Source: the human T2T-CHM13v2.0 reference genome, Homo sapiens
NCBI RefSeq assembly: GCF_009914755.1
Contig: NC_060928.1
Length of the DNA: 64,000 bases
Strand: one strand, 5' to 3'
Positions 38,297 to 52,015 of this stretch are shown piece by piece (the stretch's first letter is position 1; every line of letters begins with the position of its first letter). The position numbers and the translations under genes were made by a program. The notes below the pieces were generated by a model. The model worked only from the letters and a program-made list of their open reading frames with translations. It made no database searches and was not told the origin of the DNA.

Positions 38297-40762
38297 GACA
38301 TGAAAACTGTTCTTAAATTCAAAGAGATTACAGCCTGTGTTAAAGCCCTGCTACAAGGGACTAGAGGAAAGGAATTAAACTGATTCTGCTTTCTCTCACT
38401 ATCTGGTTGCAGACCAGCAGTCTTATAGCCTGGCTTTGTACATATTGCAATTTGATATAGTAGTTGAAAAGTGGCCAGCTAACAGGGAATTGCAGTAATC
38501 AAGCTGTTGGGGAAAAAAAATCGATGTACTGAACAGACTTGCAATCATATTATAAGAGCAACACAAGTAAAGACAAGCAATGGTCCTCTTCTGCCAGCAT
38601 CAATGTGGAGAGAGTGGAGGGGAAAAAATGACTTCAAACTGCCTAAGGAAAAGATATCATTCAAAAGGCCACTAAGAATCTGAATTCTAAAACCATAAAA
38701 ATGGAATTTAATCAAATGCCATTTTTGTCAAAATTAAATAAAATGACTTAATTAGGAAGTCACTTATATGAGTTAATAGAACATTTTTATTGTTTGTGTG
38801 AGCTAAATTACAAGAAATTTTATCATAACCAGTGTTACAAATTTATGTATACTGCAGGAAAAGTAGCATGTTGTGCTAATGTTTAAATATAGGCAAATGC
38901 TAATGAGTTACCATAAATGGTTCAGTTATACAAACTTTCTCAGATATGAGTATCCAGAGTAGTATGGATATTACAAATTAAACCAAATCATATTTGGAGT
39001 CTTTCTTTTGTTCACAAACATACTTTGTTTCTAGGAGAATAGGGGAAGGAAGAATTAGGTCAGGAGGATAAGAAGAGGTAGAAAAATGAATGAAGAAATG
39101 AAAAGAAGAATTACACACAAACCAGTGTGGACTACTCTCTTGGGGGCAGCTAAGTCCTAAATCAATCTGAGGCTGTTCTTGAAATGCAGGCATACGTTTC
39201 CAAGCATTATATTAAAATTTCATGATCAATAACGCTGAAAGCAGCAGAACATACAAGCAAAATAAGTGCTGACAATTCACTAGCATACGAATTTAATAAA
39301 ATGTCATCCTCCAGCCTCAGCAGTAGTGCCAGGAGGAGATGACCATCTTGATTAGAATCTGTCAAATGAATCTCTGTTTGTCAGGTAATAATAAACTCAG
39401 GATAGTACCTTTTGTTCCAGGTTTTGTTTACTCTTCAAAATACAGCAGTCAATTCATATTCTTATATAATTTTACTATTTTTACACTGAATAAACAAATC
39501 AAACATAGACCTTTTTATAATAGAGGAAAATCCAATATTATTTACCTACTTTTGTTCTGTGTATAGATAACATCGAGACGTGAGAGTTAGTCTTCTCTGT
39601 ATATGTACTCACATAAGAATCTGTACATGTACTCACACAACACTCAAATATTTTTCAATGAAGTTTCATCATCTTTGGAGTCTTACCTGTTATTTGTTAA
39701 GGACATTGAGAATGTTGCCTTTCATCCTTACTGAAAAATTCAATACAACATTACCTAAGATATTCTGCATGGAACCAGGCACTAAATGGTAAATATTTAC
39801 AAAAATAATCAGTTTTGGCTTAAAGGAAACTCCAGTCTATTTGAAGGTAATTGATAATGCCAGGTAAAAGCTGTGAAAAGCATGGTGATCAGGGATATAT
39901 CATATCTGAGTGACTGGCCAGAAATATGATTTCTTCTGTTCTTTCTGTTATTAAATTAATGGTTTGAGAGAGAGCAAAAAAATACTTGGAGAGTTTAAAA
40001 AATCTTTTCTTCACAGAAATGATATATTACTATGTTTTTATCTATTGCCAAATGTTGATATAACTTTACAATTACTCTTGAAACAGCATATGGGAACAGT
40101 CTGAGAGTTATTCTTAAATGCTGAAAGTTGCTTTTGAGTAAGTCTACTTACCAATTCCCCATCTTTTTCCTAATTATCATTCTATTAAAGCATCTATTCA
40201 GGGACTGATTCAGTTGTTTATTCATTTAATCAATATTCATTTTAACAACCTACTATGTACCAGTCTTTAAACTTAACAACTGAAGAGTCTCTTGCATAGA
40301 CCACTACTGAAAATTATCTGAAATTTGCTCCATTCCTATGAGTTTGGGTGACACTATGAACCTACCCACTTTTGATGTCTTGTCTGTCTACTATTCTGTC
40401 CACTACTGGGGCTTGTCTAGAAAATCAGTTTCTGAATTTGCAAGGGTGTTCAACTGCTTGAGATAGTTTTAAAACAGATTTAAACACATGTTGAAGATTA
40501 CTGAGAAAAGTTTCAACTTCGAAAGCTGTGGTTTTATGAAAAGAGAGTTTTATGTAATAATGTGATGTATTTTTTCTTGATTATAGAGTTGGCTTAATAT
40601 TATTTATTCTCCATTAATAATACATATATTTTAAATGTTTGAATCTGTCTCCAGAATGAAAAGTGGTTTTATAATTTCTAAAAAACAGTTATGTACAAGG
40701 AACACTGAATGAGCTCTAGGCAGGTGAAGTATTAGAATGTGTTGCATGGAAAATTTACTAAG

Positions 40763-40898
40763 AATACCTGGTTATAATGGTCTATAGTTTCAGGGTGCTT
40801 TGGAGGATATCACAGGATAATTGGTTGAGCCCAGGAGTTTGAGGCCAGACTGGACAACATAGTGAGTCCCCATCTCTTAAAAAAATTAAAAATGAAAA
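40763..40898 (+). mobile_element. Free Alu monomer (FLAM/FAM-like) with 13-bp TSD AAAATTTACTAAG
   Basis: TTGAGCCCAGGAGTTTGAGGCCAGACTGGACAACATAGTGAG plus an A-rich tail. The TSD is at 40750-40762 and 40899-40911. Confidence 0.8.
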
Positions 40899-41129
40899 AA
40901 AATTTACTAAGTAAATTGAAAGGAGATGAAAGTATTCTATAACTAATGAAGAGAATGGAAGTAAACAATGAAAAGTCACTAAAAATATACTCAAATTACA
41001 ATATATTCCTTTCTTTTACCAAAATGTGCTCTATTCCATTCAAGAGTGTTTCAGGTATGGCATTTTGACATTTTCCTTCTGGAGTATAACAAAGTCATAC
41101 ATAATAAAGCATAGTATATTAGAAAAAAG

Positions 41130-41427
<298 letters not shown>

Positions 41428-44014
41428 TCAATTGTATTTTATAAGAGTGGTGCTTGACCTTATGCTAGTTTAAGAACAGTCTTAATATGGAAATTATAAG
41501 TTGACTTCTTATTCATAATCTGCTAGGTCAATCAGCAAGGTGAACTTTTTGGTGGTTGTTTTTGCAACACATTTAGTATATAATTAACCCCTTTATGTAT
41601 ATTTCCCTACAATTTTTCTTGTACTATTGATAGTAAGCCACAGTGCATAGGAATTGAATTACAACTATAGAAACTCTTCTTGCTATCTCTTACTTTTTTC
41701 ATTACTTATTGCAGGAGAAATGAAAAGCAAGTCCATAACCATAAATTTGTCATTTGTCATCCCCCAGTCTTCACAAAACCTCATATTTACTTCCTCTTTC
41801 AGCAGAGTGGCTATCATTAGTGACTAACAGAATAGAATAATAATAATTTTTTTTCACCAACTCTACAGATGACCTTCTGAAAGTTTGTTGGTCTCAAATT
41901 TAAAGATTTGTTCCTTGAATGTAAATGTCCTGATTTCAAAAAATGTATCAGGACTTTGAGTATTACACTAGAAAGAGTGGTTTAAAATTCTGCAATTTAT
42001 GAACATTATAATTTGGGAAACTTAATTTATTTAGGTAAAATAAAGTTTACTTACATTTAAATATGGAACTTAATTTTCATGGTTAGACAATGGAAAAACA
42101 AAACACAACAGGGACAGGTCACTTTTGTTCCTTAAACATTTCTTGCTCTGTTTCTCTTCCTCCTTCTTTTTCTAATCATTGTATTTTGTGAATAAGGAGT
42201 TATACTACATATTTCCCTTCTTTTTCTACCTGTAGCAATGTTTATACATTTCCTAGCTTTTATACTGAGAAAAGCAAAGTTATATTAATAGCGGAATCTG
42301 TAAATACAGGTCATGAAATTCATACAGTTTTGTTGAAATCAGTAGCTTTTTAGCAATGATGACTATATACATGGCATACACTTCTGGATTTATATAAAAG
42401 TATACTTCGTTGATTGCCACATGTAATTTAATAACCTTGCCACATCATATGTATTGATCTGTATGCAAATATGGTACTTGTAGTCCAAAAGCCTATTTTT
42501 TAAAGTTAATTTTTAAGCATACTGACTATTAATAACAAAAGTTAAGTTTAGGCCAAAGTGTGGACTACCTTTATAAAACAGATGAGCATATATTTATGTT
42601 GCCAAGTCAAATTAGCAGGTCCCAAGAGAGATATAGATTACTCTGCCAAAAACAAAGCAAATTTTTTATTTCTTGACAAAACTAGGCAAATTCTGCATAT
42701 TAAATCCATGTGTGTATGTGTGCATGTGTGTTATCATCTCAAAACCTCCAAAGCCAAAGCCTGTTTATTGAGAGAAATGCCAGAAATAGTGAAAAGTGGA
42801 TGGTAAGACAATCAATCTTGAGAAGGTGTATATTTTCTTGAAAAGAATTTTCAAAAGGAATCACAGAATATTTAAGATTCAATAAAAATACAGAATAATT
42901 AGAAGTGGAAATAGATTCATATCTTAAGATAAAAAAAATCATTAAACCCAAAAATGAAATGAGGAGTTATGATTTTAATTACACTTATGGTTTCCACCTG
43001 TGTATATTGTTCCTCATAGCCCTAATTCATTTGCTAATTGTATGATGGGACGGTTTTGCTCTTCTTTTCATTTTCCCTTTTATTCAAAAATGTTTCTGTC
43101 TTCATCCTAAACTCTCAGTTCACAAAGCTATTTTTCTATTTGTTATATTTGTGAGGAGAAACATTCATTTAGAGAAATCTTCCGTTTTTTGAAGCGTAAT
43201 TTTTCTATCAGAGAGGTTTCTTTGGTTATTTCTGTGTTTTTCTTTAGGATTTCTAATTTTATTTTCATTTGCTGTAGTATCTTGGAATCATTGCCACACC
43301 ATTCCACTTGACATATCTCTGACATAAGTAGCCCTATCTAGCCATCATTTCTGGCTAGACACATGTGTGTGTCTGTTCTTTGATATCCTTTCCTCTTCAT
43401 GTTAGCCTTGCCTATATCTTACCTTTAGAACTTCTGTTTAAATACTGGTCATGGGTAGCCTCGGTCATTGGAAGTTAGCCTTGTTTTCTATCTGCTTTAC
43501 TATTGCTGGGTGATATTGGAATATGGAAAGTCATAAATTGGTGGGGTTTATTGTTCTCTCTAATATTTTTAGAATAATTCTGGAGTTTATTATTCACAGT
43601 GAACAGTATGTGCTATTTGTATAGGTATCGCCTCTCAATTTTGAGTAAATTTTTACCCAAAATCCATTATGAATCATCAGGCTCCAGTTACTGACAAGGT
43701 GTAGGCAGGGTAATGACACTGATGGGGTATAATCACTTATAGTAAAATTTATTTCCCGTAAGTGATGAAAACTTAACATGGGACTTTTGTTCATCTCCTG
43801 CTTCCTTAATTATGACCTTGAAGATACTTGTTTTATTTTTTATTTTTTTATTATTTTTTATTATTTTCTCCTCTGTATATGTATTTCTGAAATACATGTA
43901 AATGATATTGGTGTATTCAACCCATGTGCCATTTCTTAACTTTTTCTCAGTCAGAGACAATTTATAGTATAGGCCCTTTATTTAGTTTGAATTTTGCTAG
44001 TACATTTTCCTTTA

Positions 44015-44046
<32 letters not shown>

Positions 44047-45944
44047 CTGTTTTAATAGAAGGAGGGTTTGGGCTCTTGTTTCTAATCTTCCCTCTTTCAT
44101 CTATAGAGACAATTCAATGCACATGGCCAATCACTCCCTTACCTGGAAGTCTGAAATAACTGATGATGATACGTAGTGTATTAAACAAGAATCAGTTATT
44201 ATGAAAGGATGCTTAGAGTCATATGATAGTCAGTATCTTAATTCCAACTGTGACATATTTACTGCCAGTGTCATAATAGCTATAATTAAATGTTTCTGTT
44301 CCGTCACCATTTTACATGACTGAATTCTAAGCACTGTGTCAAGAAAGATAAATATATTGTCCTGTTTCTAACTGACCATCACCTGCTAAAAGTATGAAAT
44401 AGTATTTCTAGTTTCCACTGTGACAGATAAGGAGCTTAGGAGTCATCACTCCATCCTAAGAATAAGTAAAAAGTTGAACAAACTCAAAATCGACAATTCT
44501 TTCAGTATCTGTTTGAAAAATGAGGTCACAAACTGCTTGCCCCCAAAATTCAAGAGACAAACATAAAAATAGGAAAAATCACAATTTAATGGAAAAGGGA
44601 CCCATGAGTAGAAACCGCCACAGAAAAACCAGTGCTAGGGTAGAAAAACCGCAACTGTAATTGACAAATTGCTGGAGGCTCACAGTAGACAAGTCTAAGA
44701 TTTAAAAACTCCAGAGAAAGCCAGTCTTATGAAAGACCCGACACTTCTGGGAGTTTTAACTCCAAGAGTCTTAGTAGGTTCCTCACAGTGAGAAAGCCAT
44801 TTGAAATATGCCCAGAGCAGAATTCCCAGAACATTCTGTTCTTCTTAATAAGGTCTACCCTTAAGAGAAATGATTTTACCAAAACCCAACTGACCTAGGG
44901 AAAGAGACATACTAAATTCCAGGCCCATCTAGCCTTCCTGTATCACCTAAGGAGGGGGAGGAACTGAGAAGCATTTGTGAAGTTCACAGTCCAGGGACAT
45001 AGACTTCCTAAGAGACTGAGACCTAATTATAGATCTACAAATACTTTTCCCTTTCCCACATCTTAGCACAACATCACTAAAGGTCTACCTGTCACTGTTC
45101 CTTTGATTTCATACATCATTGCATAGCTTTTCACAATATTGCAAAGGGTACTAAAAGGCATAAAGTGTAATTTGAAGACACAGAACAAACATCAGAACCA
45201 GATGCAAATATAGCAGGAATACTAGAATTATCAGACCAGGAAAATAAATAACTATGATTAATATGTTAAGGGGTATAGTCTAAAGCAGACAACACTCAAG
45301 AACAGATATATCATGTAAGTAGAGAAATCAAAGTTCTAAGAATTAAAAGAGATGCTAGAATTTTAAAACACTGTAATAACAATGAAGAATGCCTTTGATG
45401 AGCACATTAATAGACTGGACCTGGCTGAAGCAAGATTTAGTCACCTTGAGATTATGTCAGTAGAAACTTCCAAAAGTAAAAAGCAAAGAGAAAAGGGACT
45501 GGGATAAAAAATGAAGCGGAATATCCAAAAACTTTGGGACAACTACAAGACGTATAATATACATTAAATGGTGATACTGGAAGTAGACGAGAAAAGGGAA
45601 CAAAAGATAATGTTGAAGCAAGGACAGCTCGAATTTCTTCAAATAAATGTCAGGCACCAAATCAAAGATCCAGAAAGCTCAGAAAATACTAAGTAGAACA
45701 AATGCTTAAAAAATAAATAAATAAAAACAAACCCCTACACCTAATTATGCTAAATGCCTAGAATTACATAGGACTTTTCAGAAACAATGCAAGCAAGTAA
45801 AGAGTGAAGAAAGAGTGGAATAAAATGCTTAAATATTGAGATGGTGGTGGGGGGAGGGAGGAACTACCAACCTTGAATTCTGTATACAGTAAAATTATCC
45901 TTCAAATGTGAAAGAAAACTTTTCTCAAACAAAAAACGGGCCAT

Positions 45945-46258
45945 GGCCGGGTGCAGTGGCTCAGGCCTCTAATCCCAGTTCTTTGGGAGGCCAAGATGGG
46001 CAGATCACTTGAGGCCAGGAGTTCAAGACCAGACTGGCCAAAGTGGCGAAACCCCATCTCTACTAAATATACAAAATCGGCTGGCTGCTGGGGTACGTGT
46101 CTGTGGTCCCAGCTACTCAGGAAGCTGAGGCATGAGAATCACTTGAACCTGGAAGGTAGAGGTTGTGTTACAGTGATCCAATACCACACTACTGCACTCC
46201 AGCCTGGGCAACAGAGCAAGACTCTGTCTAAAAAAAAAAAAAAAAAGAAAAAGAAAGA
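45945..46258 (+). mobile_element. Alu (AluS/Jb-like), first of a tandem pair
   Basis: Starts GGCCGGGTGCAGTGGCTCA, has a dimer structure and a long A-rich tail. Confidence 0.92.
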
Positions 46259-46265
46259 AAAAAAG

Positions 46266-46590
<325 letters not shown>

Positions 46591-46854
46591 TCAAGAAATG
46601 TTAAAAGATGTTCTTCAGAGATAGAGAAAATGACGTAGATTAGAAACTTGGATCTAAATAAAGAAAGGAAGAATATTAAAGAAGGAATAAGTGAAAGTAA
46701 AATAAAAGGATGAGCTATGCAGCTATCAGTTTTATTTTATAAATCACCTAAATTCATAGAAATTCTGAGGGTAGAAGGAGATTTGCAGTATGAAGGAAGA
46801 TCTTGACGTGATTTGTAAAAAGCAAAATCATAGATGAGGACATAAGAAAATAAT

Positions 46855-47260
46855 ATATTTAATTTTATGTGTCAATGTGACTAGGCTATGGTGACTAATA
46901 TTTGATCAGTTGTTATTCTAGATGTTTCTGTAAAGGTGCTTTTGAGCTAAGATTAACATTTAATTCTGTAGATTCTGAGTAAAGGAAATGACCCTCCATC
47001 ATGTGAATGGGCCTTATCAAATCAGTTGACGGCCCTAATAGAATAAGACTGACCACTCTGGAAGAAGAAAGAATTCCGCTGGGAGACCACTCTTGAACTG
47101 ACTCTGTAACACTTTCTTTGGTCTCTAGTCAGCTGGCCTACCCTGCAGATTTTAACCTTGACTCTGTGTGTGTGTGTGTGTGTTTGTGTGTACACATATA
47201 TATACACACACACACAAAGCTGGCCTATCCTGCAGATTTTAACCTTGACTCTGTGTGTGC

Positions 47261-47291
<31 letters not shown>

Positions 47292-47362
47292 AAAATATAT
47301 ATAGTGAAAGAGAAGGATCTATATATATACACATATAAATATCTGTGTGTGTGTATGGATGG

Positions 47363-47416
<54 letters not shown>

Positions 47417-47466
47417 CTCGATATATCCTGTTCATTTTTTTCTCAGGTGAATCTTAACTAATACAC
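46855..47466 (+). mobile_element. MLT2 (HERVL) solo LTR with internal microsatellites and a duplication
   Basis: TAATTTTATGTGTCAATGTGACTAGG start, AATCAGTTGACGGCC, and a CTAATACA end. Confidence 0.85.
47165..47416. repeat. Compound (TG)n/(TA)n/(CA)n microsatellite cluster
   Basis: Seen directly. Confidence 0.9.
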
Positions 47467-48074
47467 CAGGAAAACACTTTTGGCTCCATTTGCCATTATC
47501 TCTGTCTATGCTCCTCTAGTGCACATATCATTAGGTTAAGAAAATCAATTAGTATAAAAATTCCATAATTTGCCTATAAATACAAAAAGTAAAGAGTATA
47601 TGGATATCAACTTTTAGCATCTCTGAATATTTTCTTTTAGACATACTTTTTTCCTCTTATTTAAAAAATGTTTTGTAGGTCCTTTTCCTATTTGGTCTCT
47701 AAATGCACACATTTTTAATTTCTCAGTTTCTTGTGTGTAATAAAGATTGGCTAAAATTTTCTCAGAGACAAAAACAAGTGCTCAAGTTTTAATTAAACTT
47801 AAAGTTTCTTCAACACAACTATCAGCATTTCCAGAAATACTGGTAATACAATTCTTTAGACATACTAACATGTATTAAAGATTTATTCAGTTAAGATGAG
47901 TAATGACTTAATTTTTATAGCTGAATTTAAATTCCAACATCTGCAATCTTAAGTAAATTTATGATAATTTCAAAAATTTCCTTCACTTGCCTAACATATA
48001 CTTCCACCTAGGTCTAGTAAGATAATCTTGGATTTTATGAGACAACATGAGCTAGAATACGTTAATTTAATACC

Positions 48075-48470
48075 TCATTATTTATTTATTTATTTATTTG
48101 TTTATCCATTTATTTAACAAATATTTATTTAGCTAGCCAAACACAAGAAATCCAGTGGAAACTAAGAAAGCAAGATCACTGTCTTCAATTAGTTTATAGT
48201 GTAATAGGAAACACAGCCAAAAAGAATTGTTGAATAGGTGGTAACACATATGACAGGTAAATCCAGAGTACTGTAGGAGAAAATGAGAGTAGACTTCCAA
48301 AGTTTAGGACAGGAGTCAATGACAATCTACATGTCAAAATATAATTCTTATAGATAAGAAATAGGAGGCATAGAAGAAAAAGGTGGAACAGAAGCACTAC
48401 CTTAAGAAAGTAGAATATGTATGCAGAGATTCAAAGATAATAAAAATCTTAAGTTCAGGTTTCTAAATAG
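48075..48470 (-). mobile_element. L2 fragment with a (TTTA)n-like tail
   Basis: ATTTATTTAACAAATATTTATT followed by degenerate L2 reverse sequence. Confidence 0.5.
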
Positions 48471-48510
48471 TTCATTAAAAGTGAATAATATATAGAAGAG
48501 AATTGTGGTT

Positions 48511-48927
48511 TGTCTTAGTCTGTTTTGTATTGCATGAAAGAATACCTGAAACTGGATAACTTATTAAGAAAAGATGTCTAAATTTGGCCCATCGTTCTCC
48601 AGGCTCTGCAAGAAGCATGGCCCCAGCATCTGCTTCTGGTGAGGCCTCAGGAAGCATTCAGTTGTGGAGGAAGACAAAGGAGGAGCAGTTGCGCTATACA
48701 GCAAAAGAGGAGGAGGCAGGAAAAGGAGGAGGAGGTAGCCGGCTCTTTGTAACCAGCAGACCTCCCATAACTAATGGAGTGATAACTCACTCATTACTGC
48801 CAGAAAGGCAAGAAGGCATTCATGAGGGATCTGTACCTACAACGCAAAGTCCTCCCACTCCTTCTATTGTGGGCTACCTAAAAATGGAACATATTAACTT
48901 CCAAGATATTTGGGTGCACAGATATTA
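48511..48927 (-). mobile_element. MSTB/MSTC-like solo LTR
   Basis: TGTCTTAGTCTGTTTTG...AAGCATGGCCCCAGCATCTGCTTCTGGTGAGGCCTCAGGAAG. Confidence 0.82.
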
Positions 48928-49054
48928 AAAATAAAATAAGCTGCCACACACTAATGGAAGATATAAATGTCTTCCATTAATATCTTAGGTTACAATATTC
49001 TTTATTTGTGGTTAAGGTTAAATATTCTCAGTCTTCTTGTTAAGAGGACCGAAG

Positions 49055-49270
49055 TTTAGCATAATAATTAGCACATAGACTCTAAGACCAGATTGGGTTG
49101 TTACTTACCAGCTTTGGACAATTTGCATAAATGTTCTTAGCTTCAGTATCCTTTCAGTAAACAATAATGTTAATAATAGCTCCTATTTCATAAGTTTGTT
49201 GTGAGGATAAAAGTGTTATGAAGACATGACATCAATTTCTGATACATGCTAAGCACATTAAGGCCTTAAT
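49055..49270 (+). mobile_element. MIR SINE
   Basis: AGCACATAGACTCT...ACTTACCAGCT...TTGTTGTGAGGATAAA. Confidence 0.55.
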
Positions 49271-49459
49271 AAGTATAAATTATTTTTTATCTGTGCAATA
49301 ATATATGATTAAGAGACCTATGATCTTTTATTTTTTCACTGAGTTCTCAAATTTGTGTTTCCATTTTTCTTGGACAATAAAGGATTTATTTTGCATGTAT
49401 GCATACTAACCTGCTAGAATATAGCAAGAATATTTTTTCACAATAAAAACCACATAGAT

Positions 49460-49790
49460 ACATATAATTGACCCCTCCTATGATACCTCCATCCTAAACT
49501 AGAGCTTGTGAATATTTAACCTTAGATGGCAAAATAGACTTTGCAGATGTAATTAAATTAATTACCTTGAGATGGAGAGATAATACTGGATTATCTTAGT
49601 GAACTCAATGTAATCACTAGTTTCCATGAAAGTAACAAGGGAAGAAGAAGAGAATAGTGGGGCAATGTAAGAACGCAAATCACCATTGCCGACTGAAGGT
49701 GGAGCAAGGGGGTCACGGGCCGAAGAATGCAGGCACCCTCTAGAAGTGGGAAAAAGGGAGAAAATTGATTTTTCCCTAAAAAACACTGAG
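49460..49790 (+). mobile_element. MLT1D-like LTR fragment
   Basis: TGTGAATATTTAACCTTAGATGGCAAAATAGACTTTGCAGATGTAATTAA...CTTGAGATGGAGAGATAATACTGGATTATC. Confidence 0.78.
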
Positions 49791-50754
49791 AACAAAATTT
49801 TCATTGGTGAATGATGCTCTAGCCAAAATGAGGGCCTATAAAGTCATTGGTTAGGGCAAAATATGAAAAGACCATCAATCTGGAACATATTCAGTACCAA
49901 ATAATACAATCCATTCATTCTTTCCTCTTTTTTTCTTGTTTACATAAAACTAAAAGGATATCAAATTTAGTGAGTTGAAGAACTATGCTCACACATTTCC
50001 TTTTCATTGCATGGTCTATATCAGAAAAGAGATTGAGGTAAAAACCAATTTGAGAGGGTGGAAATGTTCATACAGAGCACGCATGTATGAAAATATTGAA
50101 CGTAAAGCTTGATTTTTATTTTTACTTATGCCTGTTTTGTTTTTACAGATCAGTATTGGGATAAGAAAAATCAACTCAGTATAACTGTCAAAACCAAAGA
50201 GATTGAGTTGGAACAACTATTTGAAACTTAAATAAAAAAGTTACCATTTTGTAGTAAAAGAAAAAGCAACATATATTGTAGATCAATCTGTTTTATAAAT
50301 CAGGGGTCTAATGTACCAAAATTAAATAACCAGAGAATAAATTTCTGGTGCTTTAAAAATTATAATCTCTTTTATATTTAAGAAACTAATGTTCAGCAAG
50401 CAAATAATTCAGGAGATATTTATCAAAACAACTCGGTGTAAGGTCTGGAGAAAGTGGTAGGAGTGATATTTAAGAAAGGAGAGTAAACACAAAACTAGCA
50501 GAACAGATGGCACTATCTAAATATCTGTCACCCCAGATACGTTTCTGAGGATTATACTGAATCAGGGAGCACATCCAGTAGTGAAATTTATTTGAAATAG
50601 AACATTGGGCTAAATGAGCAGGGAGTTACCACTTCTTGAGTGTGCTATGAAAAAAAAGTGTAATTTGCCAACACAAATGATAAAAATGATCTATATCTAT
50701 TTAATAGTTAATATCTTAATATGGTTCAGAGTTAATTCAATTAAAATCTACTAA

Positions 50755-51510
50755 TATTCAGGGAAATGAAAATTAAAACCAAAATGAAAATTAAAATAAA
50801 ATGGCTCCTACTAAAAAGTGAAAAAACGATAGGTGTTGGTGTGGATGTGCTGAAAAGATATTGCTTATATGTACTGGTGAGAATGTAAGTTAGTATGACC
50901 TCTATGGAAAACAGTATGGAGATTTTTCAAAGAACTAAAAGTAGATCTACCATTTGATCCAGCAATCCCACTACTGGGTTTCTACACAAAAGAAAGTAGG
51001 TCATTATATCAAAAAGACACCTGTATGCATATGTTACTGCAGCACAATTCACAGAACAATTCACAGTTCTAAAAATATGGAACCAACCTAAGTGCCCATC
51101 AACCAATCAGTGGATAAAGAAAATGTGGTATATATACACCAGAGAATACTACTTAGACATAAAAATGAACAAAGTAATGTCTTTCGCAGCAACTCGGATG
51201 GAACTGGAGACCATCATTCTAAATTAAGTGACTCAGGAAAGGAAAAACCAAATACCGTGTTCTCTCTTATAAATGGGAGCTGAACTATGGGTACACAAAG
51301 GCTTACAGAATGGCATAATGGACATTAGAGACTCAGAAGGAGGGATGGTGGAAATGGACTGAGGGATGAAAAACTACATATTGGGTACAATGTACACTAC
51401 TTGAGTGACAGATACACTAAAATGTCTGACTTCACCATTACACAATTCATTTATATACCCAAAAACCACAGGCAACCTTAAAGCTATTGAAATAAAAATA
51501 AACAAATAAA
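50755..51510 (+). mobile_element. L1PB (PB2/PB3-like) 3' end
   Basis: GAACTAAAAGTAGATCTACCATTTGATCCAGC and AAAACTACATATTGGGTACAATGTACAC...AAAGCTATTGAAATAAAA. Confidence 0.85.
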
Positions 51511-51524
51511 AATGAATGAACAAA

Positions 51525-51900
51525 CAAAATATATGGAAACAATCTAAATGTCCATTGATAGATGAATGGATAAAGAAAATGTGTTATAAACATACAACAG
51601 AGTATTATTCAGACAAAAAAGGAAATTCTGCCATATGCAACAATGTGGATGAACCTGTAGGATATTATGGTAAGTGAAATGAGGCAGTCATGAACAAATA
51701 CTACATGATTCTATGTATAGGAGTTATCTTAAATAGTCAAAATTATAGATGTGGAGAGTAGAATGGTGGTTTCCAGAGACTGGTGAAGAGGGAAAGATGA
51801 AGTTGTTGTTCAACAGTATAATGTTTGTTATGCAAGATGAATAAATTCTAGAAACCTGCTGTACAGCATAGTGCCTATAGTTAACAATTCTGTATTGTTC
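51525..51900 (+). mobile_element. L1MA9-like 3' fragment
   Basis: ATGGAAACAATCTAAATGTCC...GAGTAGAATGGTGGTTTCCAG...CAGCATAGTGCCTATAGTTAACAAT. Confidence 0.75.
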
Positions 51901-51981
51901 AGCGTATCTGGAAATGATTCTAACTAGCAACTCCCTAAATCTGACTTTTTGCCTTTGTAACGCGGTAATGAGAAAACTAAC

Positions 51982-52015
<34 letters not shown>

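Noticed and set aside
41690-41900. Polypyrimidine-AG acceptor-like sites
   Set aside because: No paired strong donor or ORF. Such motifs are common in T-rich DNA.
47118-47450. 110-aa ORF with a repeated LAYPADFNLDSVC motif
   Set aside because: An artefact of the DNA duplication and stop-free dinucleotide repeats.
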